Below are positions 44,763 through 53,301 of a stretch of DNA of 64,000 bases, piece after piece (position 1 is the stretch's first letter; each line of letters opens with the position of its first letter). Source of the stretch: a virus (taxonomy: Duplodnaviria > Caudoviricetes); the IMG/VR virus record IMGVR_UViG_2772190774_000001, positions 9,673 through 73,672 of that record, one strand, 5' to 3'. The notes under the pieces were generated by a model, which was not told where the DNA came from, searched no databases, and saw only the letters and a list, made by a program, of their open reading frames with translations. The position numbers were made by a program, and so were the translations under genes.

Positions 44763-44803
44763 GATCGGCTCCGGTTACAGAGGGGATCGTGCGTTGTCTC
44801 TAG

Positions 44804-44821
44804 TGTGGGGGTACCCCCACA
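44804..44821. promoter_or_regulatory. perfect 18-bp palindromic operator inside a candidate promoter
   Basis: TGTGGGGGTACCCCCACA; minus-strand TTGCGA-N18-CACACT. Confidence 0.6.
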
Positions 44822-44915
44822 GTGATCGCAAGGGGTTCCGGGGAAAAGTTCGGAACCTGCCCAATGGGCCAGTCTGGACTGGTGCGCCGCTACCCGGCCC
44901 GCTCCTCCCCCGCGG

Positions 44916-45089
44916 TCATCGCGTCTCCAGCCGCTTGATCCCAGCCCTCATGTTGACCCTGGCGCGCACCACCGTGTCCCCCGGCACACCAGCCCGCATC
45001 GCCTCCTGCACGAAGGCGGCGAGTTCGTCCAACGTCATGCCGGTCTTCTCGTCGGCGGCGGTCGCTTCGATGCGGTTACTGATGGGCAT
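44916..45089 (-). CDS. small hypothetical protein (57 aa)
   Basis: AGGAG RBS. Confidence 0.65.
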   Translation of the reverse strand: MPISNRIEATAADEKTGMTLDELAAFVQEAMRAGVPGDTVVRARVNMRAGIKRLETR

Positions 45090-45146
45090 GAGGGGCTCCT
45101 GCGTGTCGGGGTTTGGCGGTGATCCTTGCGCTTCGTATTCCTGTGT

Positions 45147-45314
45147 TCACACGGCTCTGCGGCGCCGGCATGTTTGGTGCTGGTGGGCGGTTTCGAGGAG
45201 TGCTTCGGCGTCCGCGCGGCGGATGGTGACCCGTTCGCTGACGCCGACGCCTGTGTGGGTGCCTTCGGTGATGTCGGTTTCGACGCGGGTGATGAGGTCG
45301 GTGAGGTCGTGCAT
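45147..45314 (-). CDS. small hypothetical protein (55 aa)
   Basis: AGGAG RBS. Confidence 0.55.
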   Translation of the reverse strand: MHDLTDLITRVETDITEGTHTGVGVSERVTIRRADAEALLETAHQHQTCRRRRAV

Positions 45315-45498
45315 GCCGGGTCTCCTGGGTCGTACTCTGGCGGGGACCCGACGCTGAGGGGCGGAAGGGTGGGCGGCTCCCCCGGAGGTGCAACCAGGGG
45401 AGCCGTCGGCGTGTTGGTGATCGTTCTTACGTCCGGCCGTAGGGGCGGATCCTCACCAGAGCGTGACGAGCGCGGTCACGGTGAGCGATGCGAGCAGG

Positions 45499-45867
45499 TC
45501 ACGGGTTTGTCTCCTCGGCGGTCGGTGGGACGTCGATGTCCATGAGGTCCATCGCGATCAGCAGGTCCCGGTGGAACTCCTCGCGGCGGGTGCAGTTCGG
45601 CCCGAGGTAGTTGGCGTTCAGCTCCAGGACGTCCTCGACAATCCCGGCGTCTCCGCCGACGGTCACCTCGACGCTCAGGCCGCGCCGGCGGATCAGCGAC
45701 GAGAGCAGGTCCCGCCAGCTCACGTGGACGGTGTGGCGGACGAACGGGTCTTCGATCGGCTGCCGCCACGCGATCGGGTGTCCGTTGACGGTGGAGGTCA
45801 CCCAGTAGCGGTCGCCGGTCTCCCGGTGGTCGTAGGTCGGCATGATCGACTGGCGGGTCTCAGGCAT
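45499..45867 (-). CDS. hypothetical protein
   Basis: coupled ORF in the early arm. Confidence 0.7.
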   Translation of the reverse strand: MPETRQSIMPTYDHRETGDRYWVTSTVNGHPIAWRQPIEDPFVRHTVHVSWRDLLSSLIRRRGLSVEVTVGGDAGIVEDVLELNANYLGPNCTRREEFHRDLLIAMDLMDIDVPPTAEETNP

Positions 45868-46255
45868 GGGGGTTGGTCTCCTCGTTGGTGGAAGCGGGCG
45901 GGGTCTGCGGCGGGTGGTAAGCGATCTCCACCAGGCGCGTACCGGGCATCCCGTACTTGGGGTGATCGCGGCGGTACACGGTCATCTCCTGGCAGGCGGG
46001 ACAGCGGGACGCCTGGTAGCGGATAACCGGGCGACGCTCCTCGACCAGGCCGAACGCGATGAGCGGCGGGCCGGGGTGGGCGCACTGGGCGCAAGCCAGG
46101 TCCACGTGGGCGAGGATCTCGGGGGCCTGCCGCCATGGCTGCCACCTGATCGCCTGACCGTCGTTCTCGCTGGGCAGGGCGGGGATGGTGCGCTGCTGGG
46201 CGGCGAGTTCAGCGCGGAGGGCTGCGATCTCGGCGAGCAGGTCCGCGTCAGCCAT
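45860..46255 (-). CDS. zinc-finger protein
   Basis: CAQC, CPAC. Confidence 0.7.
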   Translation of the reverse strand: MADADLLAEIAALRAELAAQQRTIPALPSENDGQAIRWQPWRQAPEILAHVDLACAQCAHPGPPLIAFGLVEERRPVIRYQASRCPACQEMTVYRRDHPKYGMPGTRLVEIAYHPPQTPPASTNEETNPHA

Positions 46256-46478
46256 TGCCGCCCCCGGTCTGCTCCCCCGTGTGCGCCTGGTACATGCCGA
46301 CGCGCCGGTACGGCGTCTCGTAGGTGGCGCGGAACCTGTCCGCTGCCGCGTGGGCGTCCGCCAAGGTGACACCCGTCTGGTGCCACAGCACCTCTTCGCG
46401 GAGCCACTTGTGCGGCTTCGTCTTGGTGAAGTGGTCGGCGACGACGAGGTACTCGCCCTCGATGAAGCGGATCGTCAT
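46248..46478 (-). CDS. hypothetical protein
   Basis: ATGA coupling. Confidence 0.65.
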   Translation of the reverse strand: MTIRFIEGEYLVVADHFTKTKPHKWLREEVLWHQTGVTLADAHAAADRFRATYETPYRRVGMYQAHTGEQTGGGNG

Positions 46479-47074
46479 GGCTGGCCCCCGGTCTGCTCCT
46501 CGGAGACGGCACCCGCCCCCACCTGGGGTTCGGGGCCTTCCAACGCTGCGCGGACTTGTGCGGCGACCGCCCACCGGTCAGGGGCGTCCGGGGTGGCGAG
46601 AGCGGTGTGGCACACCTGGTGCACACGGGCGATGGCGTCCGCTGCCTGCCGGTGCTGGGTCGCGTGGTAGTCCGCGATGCGGAGCGCACGGGCCAGCTCG
46701 TCGTCCCGTACGGCCAGCACGGCGTCGAGGTGATCCGCGAAGCCTCGACGGGGTGATGAGAGCGACGCGGCAAGGGCTCGGAACATTCGCTCGCGAAGCG
46801 CTGAGAGCGTTTCTGCGGGGTTCTCGGGGGCGGGAAGATAAACGGGAGCGACCGAGGTGGTTTCGGGGCTCTGTGTGGATTCTGGGGCCGCCGAGGGGCA
46901 AGAGACAGGCGACCCCACCCCCGCATGCGCGGCGAGAGCCCGCACGATCGCCTCAGCCGCGTCGTCAGCGACGACCTGAACCACGACCTTGCCGCCGCGA
47001 TTCCAGTCGGCCCACATGTCGTCAGCGGTCATGATCAGCGAGGCTTTGACGGCTTCCGCCGGAAGCTCAGGCAT
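46475..47074 (-). CDS. hypothetical protein
   Basis: GGGAGG RBS; overlaps neighbours. Confidence 0.65.
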   Translation of the reverse strand: MPELPAEAVKASLIMTADDMWADWNRGGKVVVQVVADDAAEAIVRALAAHAGVGSPVSCPSAAPESTQSPETTSVAPVYLPAPENPAETLSALRERMFRALAASLSSPRRGFADHLDAVLAVRDDELARALRIADYHATQHRQAADAIARVHQVCHTALATPDAPDRWAVAAQVRAALEGPEPQVGAGAVSEEQTGGQP

Positions 47075-47291
47075 CGCGGGCCTCCCCATCGGACACCAGC
47101 CGGTAGCCCGTCGAGGTCGGGCGAAACCGGTCCAAGCGGATCCGCGACTGCCGGGGCTGCCGCGTGGTGCGTCCGGTGACGACCTGCTCGACGGTCGCGT
47201 GGGTCTCCCCTACCGCGATCACGCGGACCTTCCGCCCGCTGGATCGTTTGTCGCAGTCCTGCCAGATTTGGCCGGGCTTCACGTCAGGCAT
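47067..47291 (-). CDS. small SH3-like protein (DUF6354-like)
   Basis: VKPGQIWQDCDKR..GRKVRV..RFRPTSTGYRL. Confidence 0.7.
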   Translation of the reverse strand: MPDVKPGQIWQDCDKRSSGRKVRVIAVGETHATVEQVVTGRTTRQPRQSRIRLDRFRPTSTGYRLVSDGEARDA

Positions 47292-47529
47292 CGGGGTTCT
47301 CCTTCGCGCAAGGGCAGGCGCAGACGTTCTTCGCGGCGACCTCCGCCGGGAGCGGCCACGGGTGCCCGGCGTGGTCGGCGTCGTCGTGGTCCATCCACGT
47401 GTGCGGCTTCGGCGGGTCGAAGTGTTCGCCGAACATGCAGGGCCAGCAGCGGGTGAGGCAGACGACCACCGAGCCCTCGGTGAACGCCTTGGTGATGGCG
47501 TCACGGTGCTCCGCCGGGATGTCAGGCAC
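47284..47529 (-). CDS. small Cys/His protein
   Basis: coupled ORF. Confidence 0.65.
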   Translation of the reverse strand: MPDIPAEHRDAITKAFTEGSVVVCLTRCWPCMFGEHFDPPKPHTWMDHDDADHAGHPWPLPAEVAAKNVCACPCAKENPDA

Positions 47530-47890
47530 CGCGCTCGCCCCGGACGATCTCGGCGGCCTTCGTCGCGCACCCGCAGTCGCAGGACTCCTCGATCTGGTCC
47601 GCCAGGTGCTCGCGCAGCTTGGTCTCCGCCTCGCCGCTGCCGGTGATCGGGAACTCCAGTTGGTCGCGCACCTCTTTCGGGAGCCTCATGCTGTGCCGCC
47701 GCAGCTCGTGCTGCAGCTCGTAGCGCGCCCCGAGTGCTTCGACACCGGGGTCGGGGTGGTCCAGGACGAACGCGTCGAGGCTCGCCCAGGCGCGGGCGGC
47801 GGCGTTCATGAGGGGCATCAGTTCTGCGAGGACCTGCCTGCGCACGTCGTCGCGGATGCCTGCAATGGTGAGTTCGGTTGCGGGGGTCAT
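47522..47890 (-). CDS. hypothetical protein
   Basis: AAGGAG RBS. Confidence 0.7.
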   Translation of the reverse strand: MTPATELTIAGIRDDVRRQVLAELMPLMNAAARAWASLDAFVLDHPDPGVEALGARYELQHELRRHSMRLPKEVRDQLEFPITGSGEAETKLREHLADQIEESCDCGCATKAAEIVRGERGA

Positions 47891-47913
47891 GGTGGTCTCC
47901 TTCGCGGGGTTGG

Positions 47914-48270
47914 TTACGTGCGGGGCTGAGATGGTCTGTGAGCGTCCGGGGATACCGAGACACGAGACGGCACCTCTGGGGGCGTCTGCGTGGCGTACAG
48001 CCCCGCACACGGGGCGCTGGGGGCGAACAGGTGGAGGGCGGCCTCCCACGAACCACGGGCCGCGGTCTCCACCGCCAGGCGCTCCAACACCAACGCCTCA
48101 TCCGCGGCCCTCGCACGGAACGAGGGCTCGAACCCCGTCACGTACATCGGCTCCGGCCGATACGAAGACGACGGCGCGCCCGGCTCCGGGTCGGTCGCGG
48201 CCGGCGCGTCCCCCGCCGAAACGGCGGTCAGGTCACGCAACACCCGGGCGGCGAAATCGATCGGGTTCAC
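47914..48270 (-). CDS. hypothetical protein
   Basis: GTGA overlap with the methylase. Confidence 0.55.
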   Translation of the reverse strand: MNPIDFAARVLRDLTAVSAGDAPAATDPEPGAPSSSYRPEPMYVTGFEPSFRARAADEALVLERLAVETAARGSWEAALHLFAPSAPCAGLYATQTPPEVPSRVSVSPDAHRPSQPRT

Positions 48271-48998
48271 GACGCCTCCCCAAGCTCGTCGAACAGCGAC
48301 GGCTGGCACACCCCGGCCGGTGCGGGCACCTGCTCGCCGCGCAGGTGCGCTTGGACGTGCTCGCCGACCCAGCGGGAGTACGCCGGCGGGATCGCTTCCC
48401 GCAGCCCGTCACGGTTGGCCCACGGCATGTCCATGACCTGCCGGGCGAGGGGGACACCGGAGAAGTTGCCGACGACGTGCATGAACTCCCCATCAGCGAC
48501 GGGGCGGCCCATCTTCGCCGTGGGCGCCACATGCCGCGGATGGGCGGGCTGGGTGAGGGTCAAGCCGCCGCCGGGCTCGAACAGGCGGTGCCGGTACGTC
48601 CGCAGGCCGAAGGCGGGCATGGCGCCGCAGAGCATCACCGGGTTGCGGAGTTCCGTGTGGGCTTCCTCGACGTTCTCGATCACCCACGGCAGCCCGATCG
48701 CGTTGAGCGCGTCCCGGGTGGGGCCGATCAGGTCCGGGTGCTCGCGGCCTTGGATCTTCTGCGCCCGTGAGTAGCGCTGGCACGGCGGCGACGCGTGGAC
48801 GAACACGAACTCCTCGCGGATCCAGCCGGCGTTCTGCCGGAGGAATGCGACGGCGTCCGCCTGGATGAATCGCTCCGGGCCGCCGACGTACAACGGCTGG
48901 GGGTCGATGTCCACGCCGGTCACGTCGAACCCGGCGAGTTCGTAGCCGCGGGAGGCGCCGCCCTGGCAGCAGTACACGTCGAGCACGCGCGGGCTCAT
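48267..48998 (-). CDS. short DNA cytosine-5 methyltransferase
   Basis: motif I variant DVYCCQGG, catalytic SPPCQ, ENV. Confidence 0.9.
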   Translation of the reverse strand: MSPRVLDVYCCQGGASRGYELAGFDVTGVDIDPQPLYVGGPERFIQADAVAFLRQNAGWIREEFVFVHASPPCQRYSRAQKIQGREHPDLIGPTRDALNAIGLPWVIENVEEAHTELRNPVMLCGAMPAFGLRTYRHRLFEPGGGLTLTQPAHPRHVAPTAKMGRPVADGEFMHVVGNFSGVPLARQVMDMPWANRDGLREAIPPAYSRWVGEHVQAHLRGEQVPAPAGVCQPSLFDELGEAS

Positions 48999-49120
48999 GC
49001 GGCCACCGCCTCGTGTGCGCCCGCGTCCGCAGCCCACCCGGAGCCGCACCGGCACACCCACTCACCAGGAGCAGCGGGCGGGAACACACCCCCGCATTCG
49101 GGGTTCGGGCAGACGATCAC
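48995..49120 (-). CDS. small zinc-ribbon protein (41 aa)
   Basis: CPNPECG..WVCRC; coupled on both sides. Confidence 0.55.
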   Translation of the reverse strand: MIVCPNPECGGVFPPAAPGEWVCRCGSGWAADAGAHEAVAA

Positions 49121-49314
49121 GACGCCTCCCCTGCCTGCGGCGGCTGAAGCCGCTCGAACAGGACCCACCTGCCGTCCACCCAGCGGCGGACGCTCACCCA
49201 GTGACCGAGCTCCTGCCATTGGCGGGCGACGTGAAGAGCGGCTTCCTGGGTGGGGTAGTCGCTGCTGCCGAGCTGGGGGACAGCGACGCGCCACGGTTTC
49301 GCGGGCGCGGTCAT
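49117..49314 (-). CDS. hypothetical protein
   Basis: ATGA coupling. Confidence 0.65.
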   Translation of the reverse strand: MTAPAKPWRVAVPQLGSSDYPTQEAALHVARQWQELGHWVSVRRWVDGRWVLFERLQPPQAGEAS

Positions 49315-49613
49315 GACGCCTCCCCAGCGTCGAGGGCCGCCCGCATCTGCCGGTCGCCCTTGATGGCCTCGATGAGGTCCGCGGCGTCCTGCTCCGGTTC
49401 GCAGCCCGGCGGGACGAGCTTCCGCCGGACCAGCCGCACTGCCCTGCGGCGCTCACGGATCATCGTCTGCGCTGCGATGAACGGCGCCGCGGCTTCTAGT
49501 GCCGCGCGAGCGCGGCATTCCAGGCAGGACCGTCCCAAGGTGTGTTCACAGGCCTCTTCGCCTTGCGCTTCGATGGCAGCCCAGACGGCTTCCTCGGGAA
49601 TCGGCGCGGTCAT
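49311..49613 (-). CDS. hypothetical protein
   Basis: ATGA coupling; CEH..CLEC. Confidence 0.65.
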   Translation of the reverse strand: MTAPIPEEAVWAAIEAQGEEACEHTLGRSCLECRARAALEAAAPFIAAQTMIRERRRAVRLVRRKLVPPGCEPEQDAADLIEAIKGDRQMRAALDAGEAS

Positions 49614-50005
49614 GACGCCTCCCGGAGGGAGGTACGAGACACCCGGCGGCCACCAGCAGACGCGGCACCCTCCAACACCGCGTTCCAGTCGGTGTGCGGG
49701 AACCAGTTCTTGGACATGAGCCGGGCGGTGGTGGTCACCAGGCGGGGCCAGGTCCGCACCTGCGCCACCGGGACGTCGTAGGCGTCGCCGCCGTCGTCCG
49801 GCGCGCACGCCATGTGGTGGGCGATCCACGTCGGGCCCACCGGGCGGCCCATCAACGACTCCAGCGACAGGGCCGTGGTGTCCGGGTCGGCCTTCCCCGA
49901 CCACAGGTCCCGCACCTTGGCGAGCTCCACGTACAGGAAGCCCTCGCCGTCCTCGATCGGCCGGCGGCAGGCGTCGCAGATCACCTCAAGCTTTTCCTCG
50001 GTCAT
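49610..50005 (-). CDS. hypothetical protein
   Basis: AAGGAG RBS; ICDACRRP. Confidence 0.7.
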   Translation of the reverse strand: MTEEKLEVICDACRRPIEDGEGFLYVELAKVRDLWSGKADPDTTALSLESLMGRPVGPTWIAHHMACAPDDGGDAYDVPVAQVRTWPRLVTTTARLMSKNWFPHTDWNAVLEGAASAGGRRVSRTSLREAS

Positions 50006-50037
50006 GGGGACTCCTTCGGAGAGGGGGGGATGGGGGG

Positions 50038-51291
50038 TTAGGCGCTGGCTTCTTCGACGGGGAAGCCGCCGTCCCACACGGCCTGCCACGGCCACGGGGA
50101 CGAGCGCTGCAAGCGGTGGGGCCAGGCGCGTTCGTCGCGGTCACCGCGGAACCGCTCCACGAACACCTGCATCGGGTTGTTCGGGTCTTTGCGGAGGGCC
50201 AGGCCGAACTCCGGCCAGCGCTGCCACACACCGGACCCGAGAGGGCGGAGGGACCGCTGCCCGGACTGCTCCATCGGGGCGTGGGTCTCCAGCCACAGGG
50301 CGACGCCGTGCCGCTGGCGGAACCCGTCGAGGACGCGGGCGACCTGCCCGTTGATCGTCTCGGCCTTCTCCCCCGATTCGAGGAACGCCTTGTACAGGGG
50401 GCCCATCGCGACGAAGTCCGGGCGGACCTGCTCGATGACGCGGTCCACGAGGTACTGGTCGTTCGGCTTACGCAGGTCGATCCCGCCGGGCATCGTCCAG
50501 CGCCAGCAGCGGTCGTCGTCCCATCCGGCATCGTTCCGGCCGAGGCTGACCAGATGGCGGGCCTTGCGGCGGATCAGGGCGGGCGGGTTCTCCAGGTCGA
50601 GGTACAGCGTCCGGAACGGCGGAATACGAGTGCCCCACGAGAACGGGTGCAGCCCCGCGGCGCCCATCACGGTGATCTGCCGCGCCCACGTGGTCTTCCC
50701 AGCGCCTTCGGACGCGACGACGATCACGCGGTCCATGCGCTCCAACACGCCAGGGATCAGCCAGTCGTGGTCCTCGTCGGTCTCGTCCACGAACGAGCCC
50801 ATCGTGGACAGGCCCGACACGTCGCCGTCGTCGCCTGTGCGGCGCAGCAGGCTCAGGGAATCCTCGGCGGCCTGCACAAGGTCCTCGGGGGTGGTGTCCG
50901 CCTCGTAGGCCATCTCGCCCAGGCGGGAGAACTCCAGCGCGGCGAGCCGCTTCGACCCGAGCATCCGGACGCGGTTGACGTAGAACCCGGCGTTGGCAGC
51001 GGTCGGCACCACGGCCGACAGGTCGTGCAGGAGCATCGCTTTCTTGCCGGCCGGGTCGAGCTTGCCGATGCGCTCCAGCTCGGCGCGCACGGACACGACG
51101 TCGATCGGTTCGCCGCGGCGGCGCAGATCCGCGATCGCGATGAAGATTTCCTGGTGGACGGGGCGGTAGAAGTCGTCGGCGCCGAGGTGCCCGAGGGCGA
51201 CAGCTACGGCGTTCGGCGAGATCAGGCACGCGCCGAGGACGCACTGTTCGGCCTCGATGTCGTGCGGCAGGGCCCGGAAGTCGTCGGTCAT
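50038..51291 (-). CDS. DnaB-like replicative helicase (DnaB N-terminal domain plus RecA-type ATPase)
   Basis: PHDIEAEQCVLGACL..DFYRPVHQEIF; Walker A ASEGAGKT. Confidence 0.9.
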   Translation of the reverse strand: MTDDFRALPHDIEAEQCVLGACLISPNAVAVALGHLGADDFYRPVHQEIFIAIADLRRRGEPIDVVSVRAELERIGKLDPAGKKAMLLHDLSAVVPTAANAGFYVNRVRMLGSKRLAALEFSRLGEMAYEADTTPEDLVQAAEDSLSLLRRTGDDGDVSGLSTMGSFVDETDEDHDWLIPGVLERMDRVIVVASEGAGKTTWARQITVMGAAGLHPFSWGTRIPPFRTLYLDLENPPALIRRKARHLVSLGRNDAGWDDDRCWRWTMPGGIDLRKPNDQYLVDRVIEQVRPDFVAMGPLYKAFLESGEKAETINGQVARVLDGFRQRHGVALWLETHAPMEQSGQRSLRPLGSGVWQRWPEFGLALRKDPNNPMQVFVERFRGDRDERAWPHRLQRSSPWPWQAVWDGGFPVEEASA

Positions 51292-52322
51292 CGGTGGTTG
51301 AACTCCCTCGGTGCGACCTCCTGCACGGCGTCCCACCGCCAGTGGTCGTCATTGCTTGTGGCGGTCTCGTCGTTCCAGCGCTCCCCGTTCAGCCACGTCG
51401 TGGGGTGCGGGGTGTACTCGGTGCCGCGGGCCTGCCGCATCGGGTTGTCCCGGAACCGCTCAGCCGCGGCGACGATCGCCTGCGGGTCGGCCCGCTTGAC
51501 GGCCTTGACCCAGGCGGCGCGGGCGTGGCCCTTGTCGACCTTGCGGGGGTACGCCTTCCAGAACGCGACGAAGGCGGGGTCCTGGTCGCTGCCGGGCTGG
51601 AAGGTGGGTTTCTTCTGGGCGGCTTCGAGGTGGATCAAGACTCCGTCGCCGGAGGCGTCGGCATCAGCCGGGGCGGCGGCATCGTCGCCGGGTTCTACCG
51701 AAGTACGGTCTTTAACTTCTTCACCTACAACAGCAACAACAACGGAGGGTTGGCCCATGGGTTCGCCCGAGGGTTGCTGGAAGGGTTCCGCCAAGGGTTC
51801 GCCAGGGGTTCCGGGAACCGTTCCGGGAAGGGTTGGGCTAACCCTTACGGGAACCCTTGGCCTAAGGGTTTCGATAACCCTTCCGATCGACTCCCGCATC
51901 TCGTCGGCCTTCTTGCCAGACAGGCCAGCGACCGGCAGCCGGGCGAACTCCTCAGCGAGCGTCGCCCGGATCGCCTGAGACCTGACCATCGAGGCGTCTC
52001 GGATGATGCTCTTCAGGACGTTGGGGATCTTCCAGGCGTCGTCCCAGCGGATGTAGGTGCGGACGAGGATCTCGTCATGCTCCTCATCCACCACCACGTA
52101 ACGGCGCTCGTGCAGTACCGAGAGGTCCGCCTTGAGATCGGGCACCGTGAAGTCAACGGCGCAGCCGGTGAGCCGTCGATCGGTAGTGGTGACGACGCCG
52201 GCGAAGGTGAGTTCCGGCTGACTGATCAGCGTGAAGTACAGCCACTGCTGATGGCGTGTCAGCGAGCGGAAGTCGGCGTCGGCCCAGATCTCGTTGTAGA
52301 TCTTGGCGAAGCTTCCGGCCAC
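51288..52322 (-). CDS. replication initiator protein
   Basis: IYNEIWAD.DF..L; FWKAYPRKVDK..A; PHPTTWLNGERW; upstream of the helicase. Confidence 0.85.
   Translation of the reverse strand: MAGSFAKIYNEIWADADFRSLTRHQQWLYFTLISQPELTFAGVVTTTDRRLTGCAVDFTVPDLKADLSVLHERRYVVVDEEHDEILVRTYIRWDDAWKIPNVLKSIIRDASMVRSQAIRATLAEEFARLPVAGLSGKKADEMRESIGRVIETLRPRVPVRVSPTLPGTVPGTPGEPLAEPFQQPSGEPMGQPSVVVAVVGEEVKDRTSVEPGDDAAAPADADASGDGVLIHLEAAQKKPTFQPGSDQDPAFVAFWKAYPRKVDKGHARAAWVKAVKRADPQAIVAAAERFRDNPMRQARGTEYTPHPTTWLNGERWNDETATSNDDHWRWDAVQEVAPREFNHR
51747..51885. repeat. iteron-like origin repeats inside the initiator gene
   Basis: GGGTT at 12-nt spacing (51747, 51759, 51771, 51783, 51795), then inverted AACCCTT copies; A/C-rich tract adjacent. 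Confidence 0.7.
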
Positions 52323-52472
52323 GGTGGGTGCTCCAGGTGATTCGAGGTTGAGGGGACAGCCCGATTGCTGAGGGGCGGAGTGAGGGTCAGGTCGTGCGTC
52401 GGTTCTTGGGCATGGCAAATAGACCCCCTGTCGGGTGCGATTCCCCTGACCACGCGGGGACTTGCGCCCAGC

Positions 52473-52543
52473 GTGTATATCCACGAGCATAGCCATCATG
52501 GATATACACGGCAAGGTTGCTGACCAGACCCTTGGATATGCAC
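52473..52543. promoter_or_regulatory. operator boxes for the RHH gene
   Basis: GTGTATATCCA-N15-TGGATATACAC perfect inverted repeat, plus TGGATATGCAC at 52533. Confidence 0.65.
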
Positions 52544-52560
52544 GGGCTACGATGTGCCAC

Positions 52561-52752
52561 GTGAAGGACACCCACACGCCGCACCGCCCCATCCGGGTCG
52601 AGGACGACCTGTGGGAGGAGTTCGGCCGTCTTGTCGGCCCCCGGAACCGCTCGGCGGTGATCCGGGAGTTCATCCGCTGGTTCGTGCGTGAGCGTGGGGC
52701 GAAGCTCCCCGAGCGTCCGCCGCGGCAGGAGCTCGCCGCCGGCGAGTCCTGA
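52561..52752 (+). CDS. ribbon-helix-helix DNA-binding protein, antisense in the early arm
   Basis: RPIRVEDDLWEEF..NRSAVIREFIRWFV; probably leaderless (TACGAT -10 at 52548). Confidence 0.85.
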   Translation: MKDTHTPHRPIRVEDDLWEEFGRLVGPRNRSAVIREFIRWFVRERGAKLPERPPRQELAAGES

Positions 52753-52811
52753 TGTGTCACCCCCGGGGCCGGTCACCAAGTGACCGGCCCCCTTCGCATG
52801 CCCGCGCCCGA

Positions 52812-53282
52812 TCACGACCGGGGCCACCTCTCGACGTGGATCCCGGCCTTCTCCGCCCGGTCGATGGCGTCGCTCGCCCCGTGTGAGCCGTGCGGTTTCG
52901 GCTTGCGGCAAGTCCGCTGCGTGCACGGCAGGACGAACGCCAAGCAGACGTCGGCGCCGAGGTCGACCATGAGCTGGTTGCGGAGATGGCCGGCCGTCGG
53001 GCAGTACGTCGACCCGTCGCGCCGCTTCAGGCGGTGGGTGGGGGTGCACTTGGGTCCGGCGCAGGTGTCCCAGTCCGCGGGGTGGCGCTCCCGGGTGATG
53101 CCCAGGTGGGTGAAGCGGCGGCACCACCAGTCGGCGATGGCGTCCGCTCCTGTGGGGCAGGCGCCGTGGACGACGACCATGGGGCCGTTCGCCTGGTAGC
53201 GGGCCTGGACAAGGGCGTCCCGGACGACGTCGAGGTCCTTCCATGACCGGGACCCGGTGATGAGCACGCGGTAGGGGCTCAC
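52812..53282 (-). CDS. DUF2493 / YspA-type SLOG-family protein
   Basis: VLITGSRSW, VVHGACPTGAD, AGHLRNQLMVD, CLAF. Confidence 0.85.
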   Translation of the reverse strand: MSPYRVLITGSRSWKDLDVVRDALVQARYQANGPMVVVHGACPTGADAIADWWCRRFTHLGITRERHPADWDTCAGPKCTPTHRLKRRDGSTYCPTAGHLRNQLMVDLGADVCLAFVLPCTQRTCRKPKPHGSHGASDAIDRAEKAGIHVERWPRS

Positions 53283-53301
53283 AGAGGCCTCCTTTCAAGT
53301 T

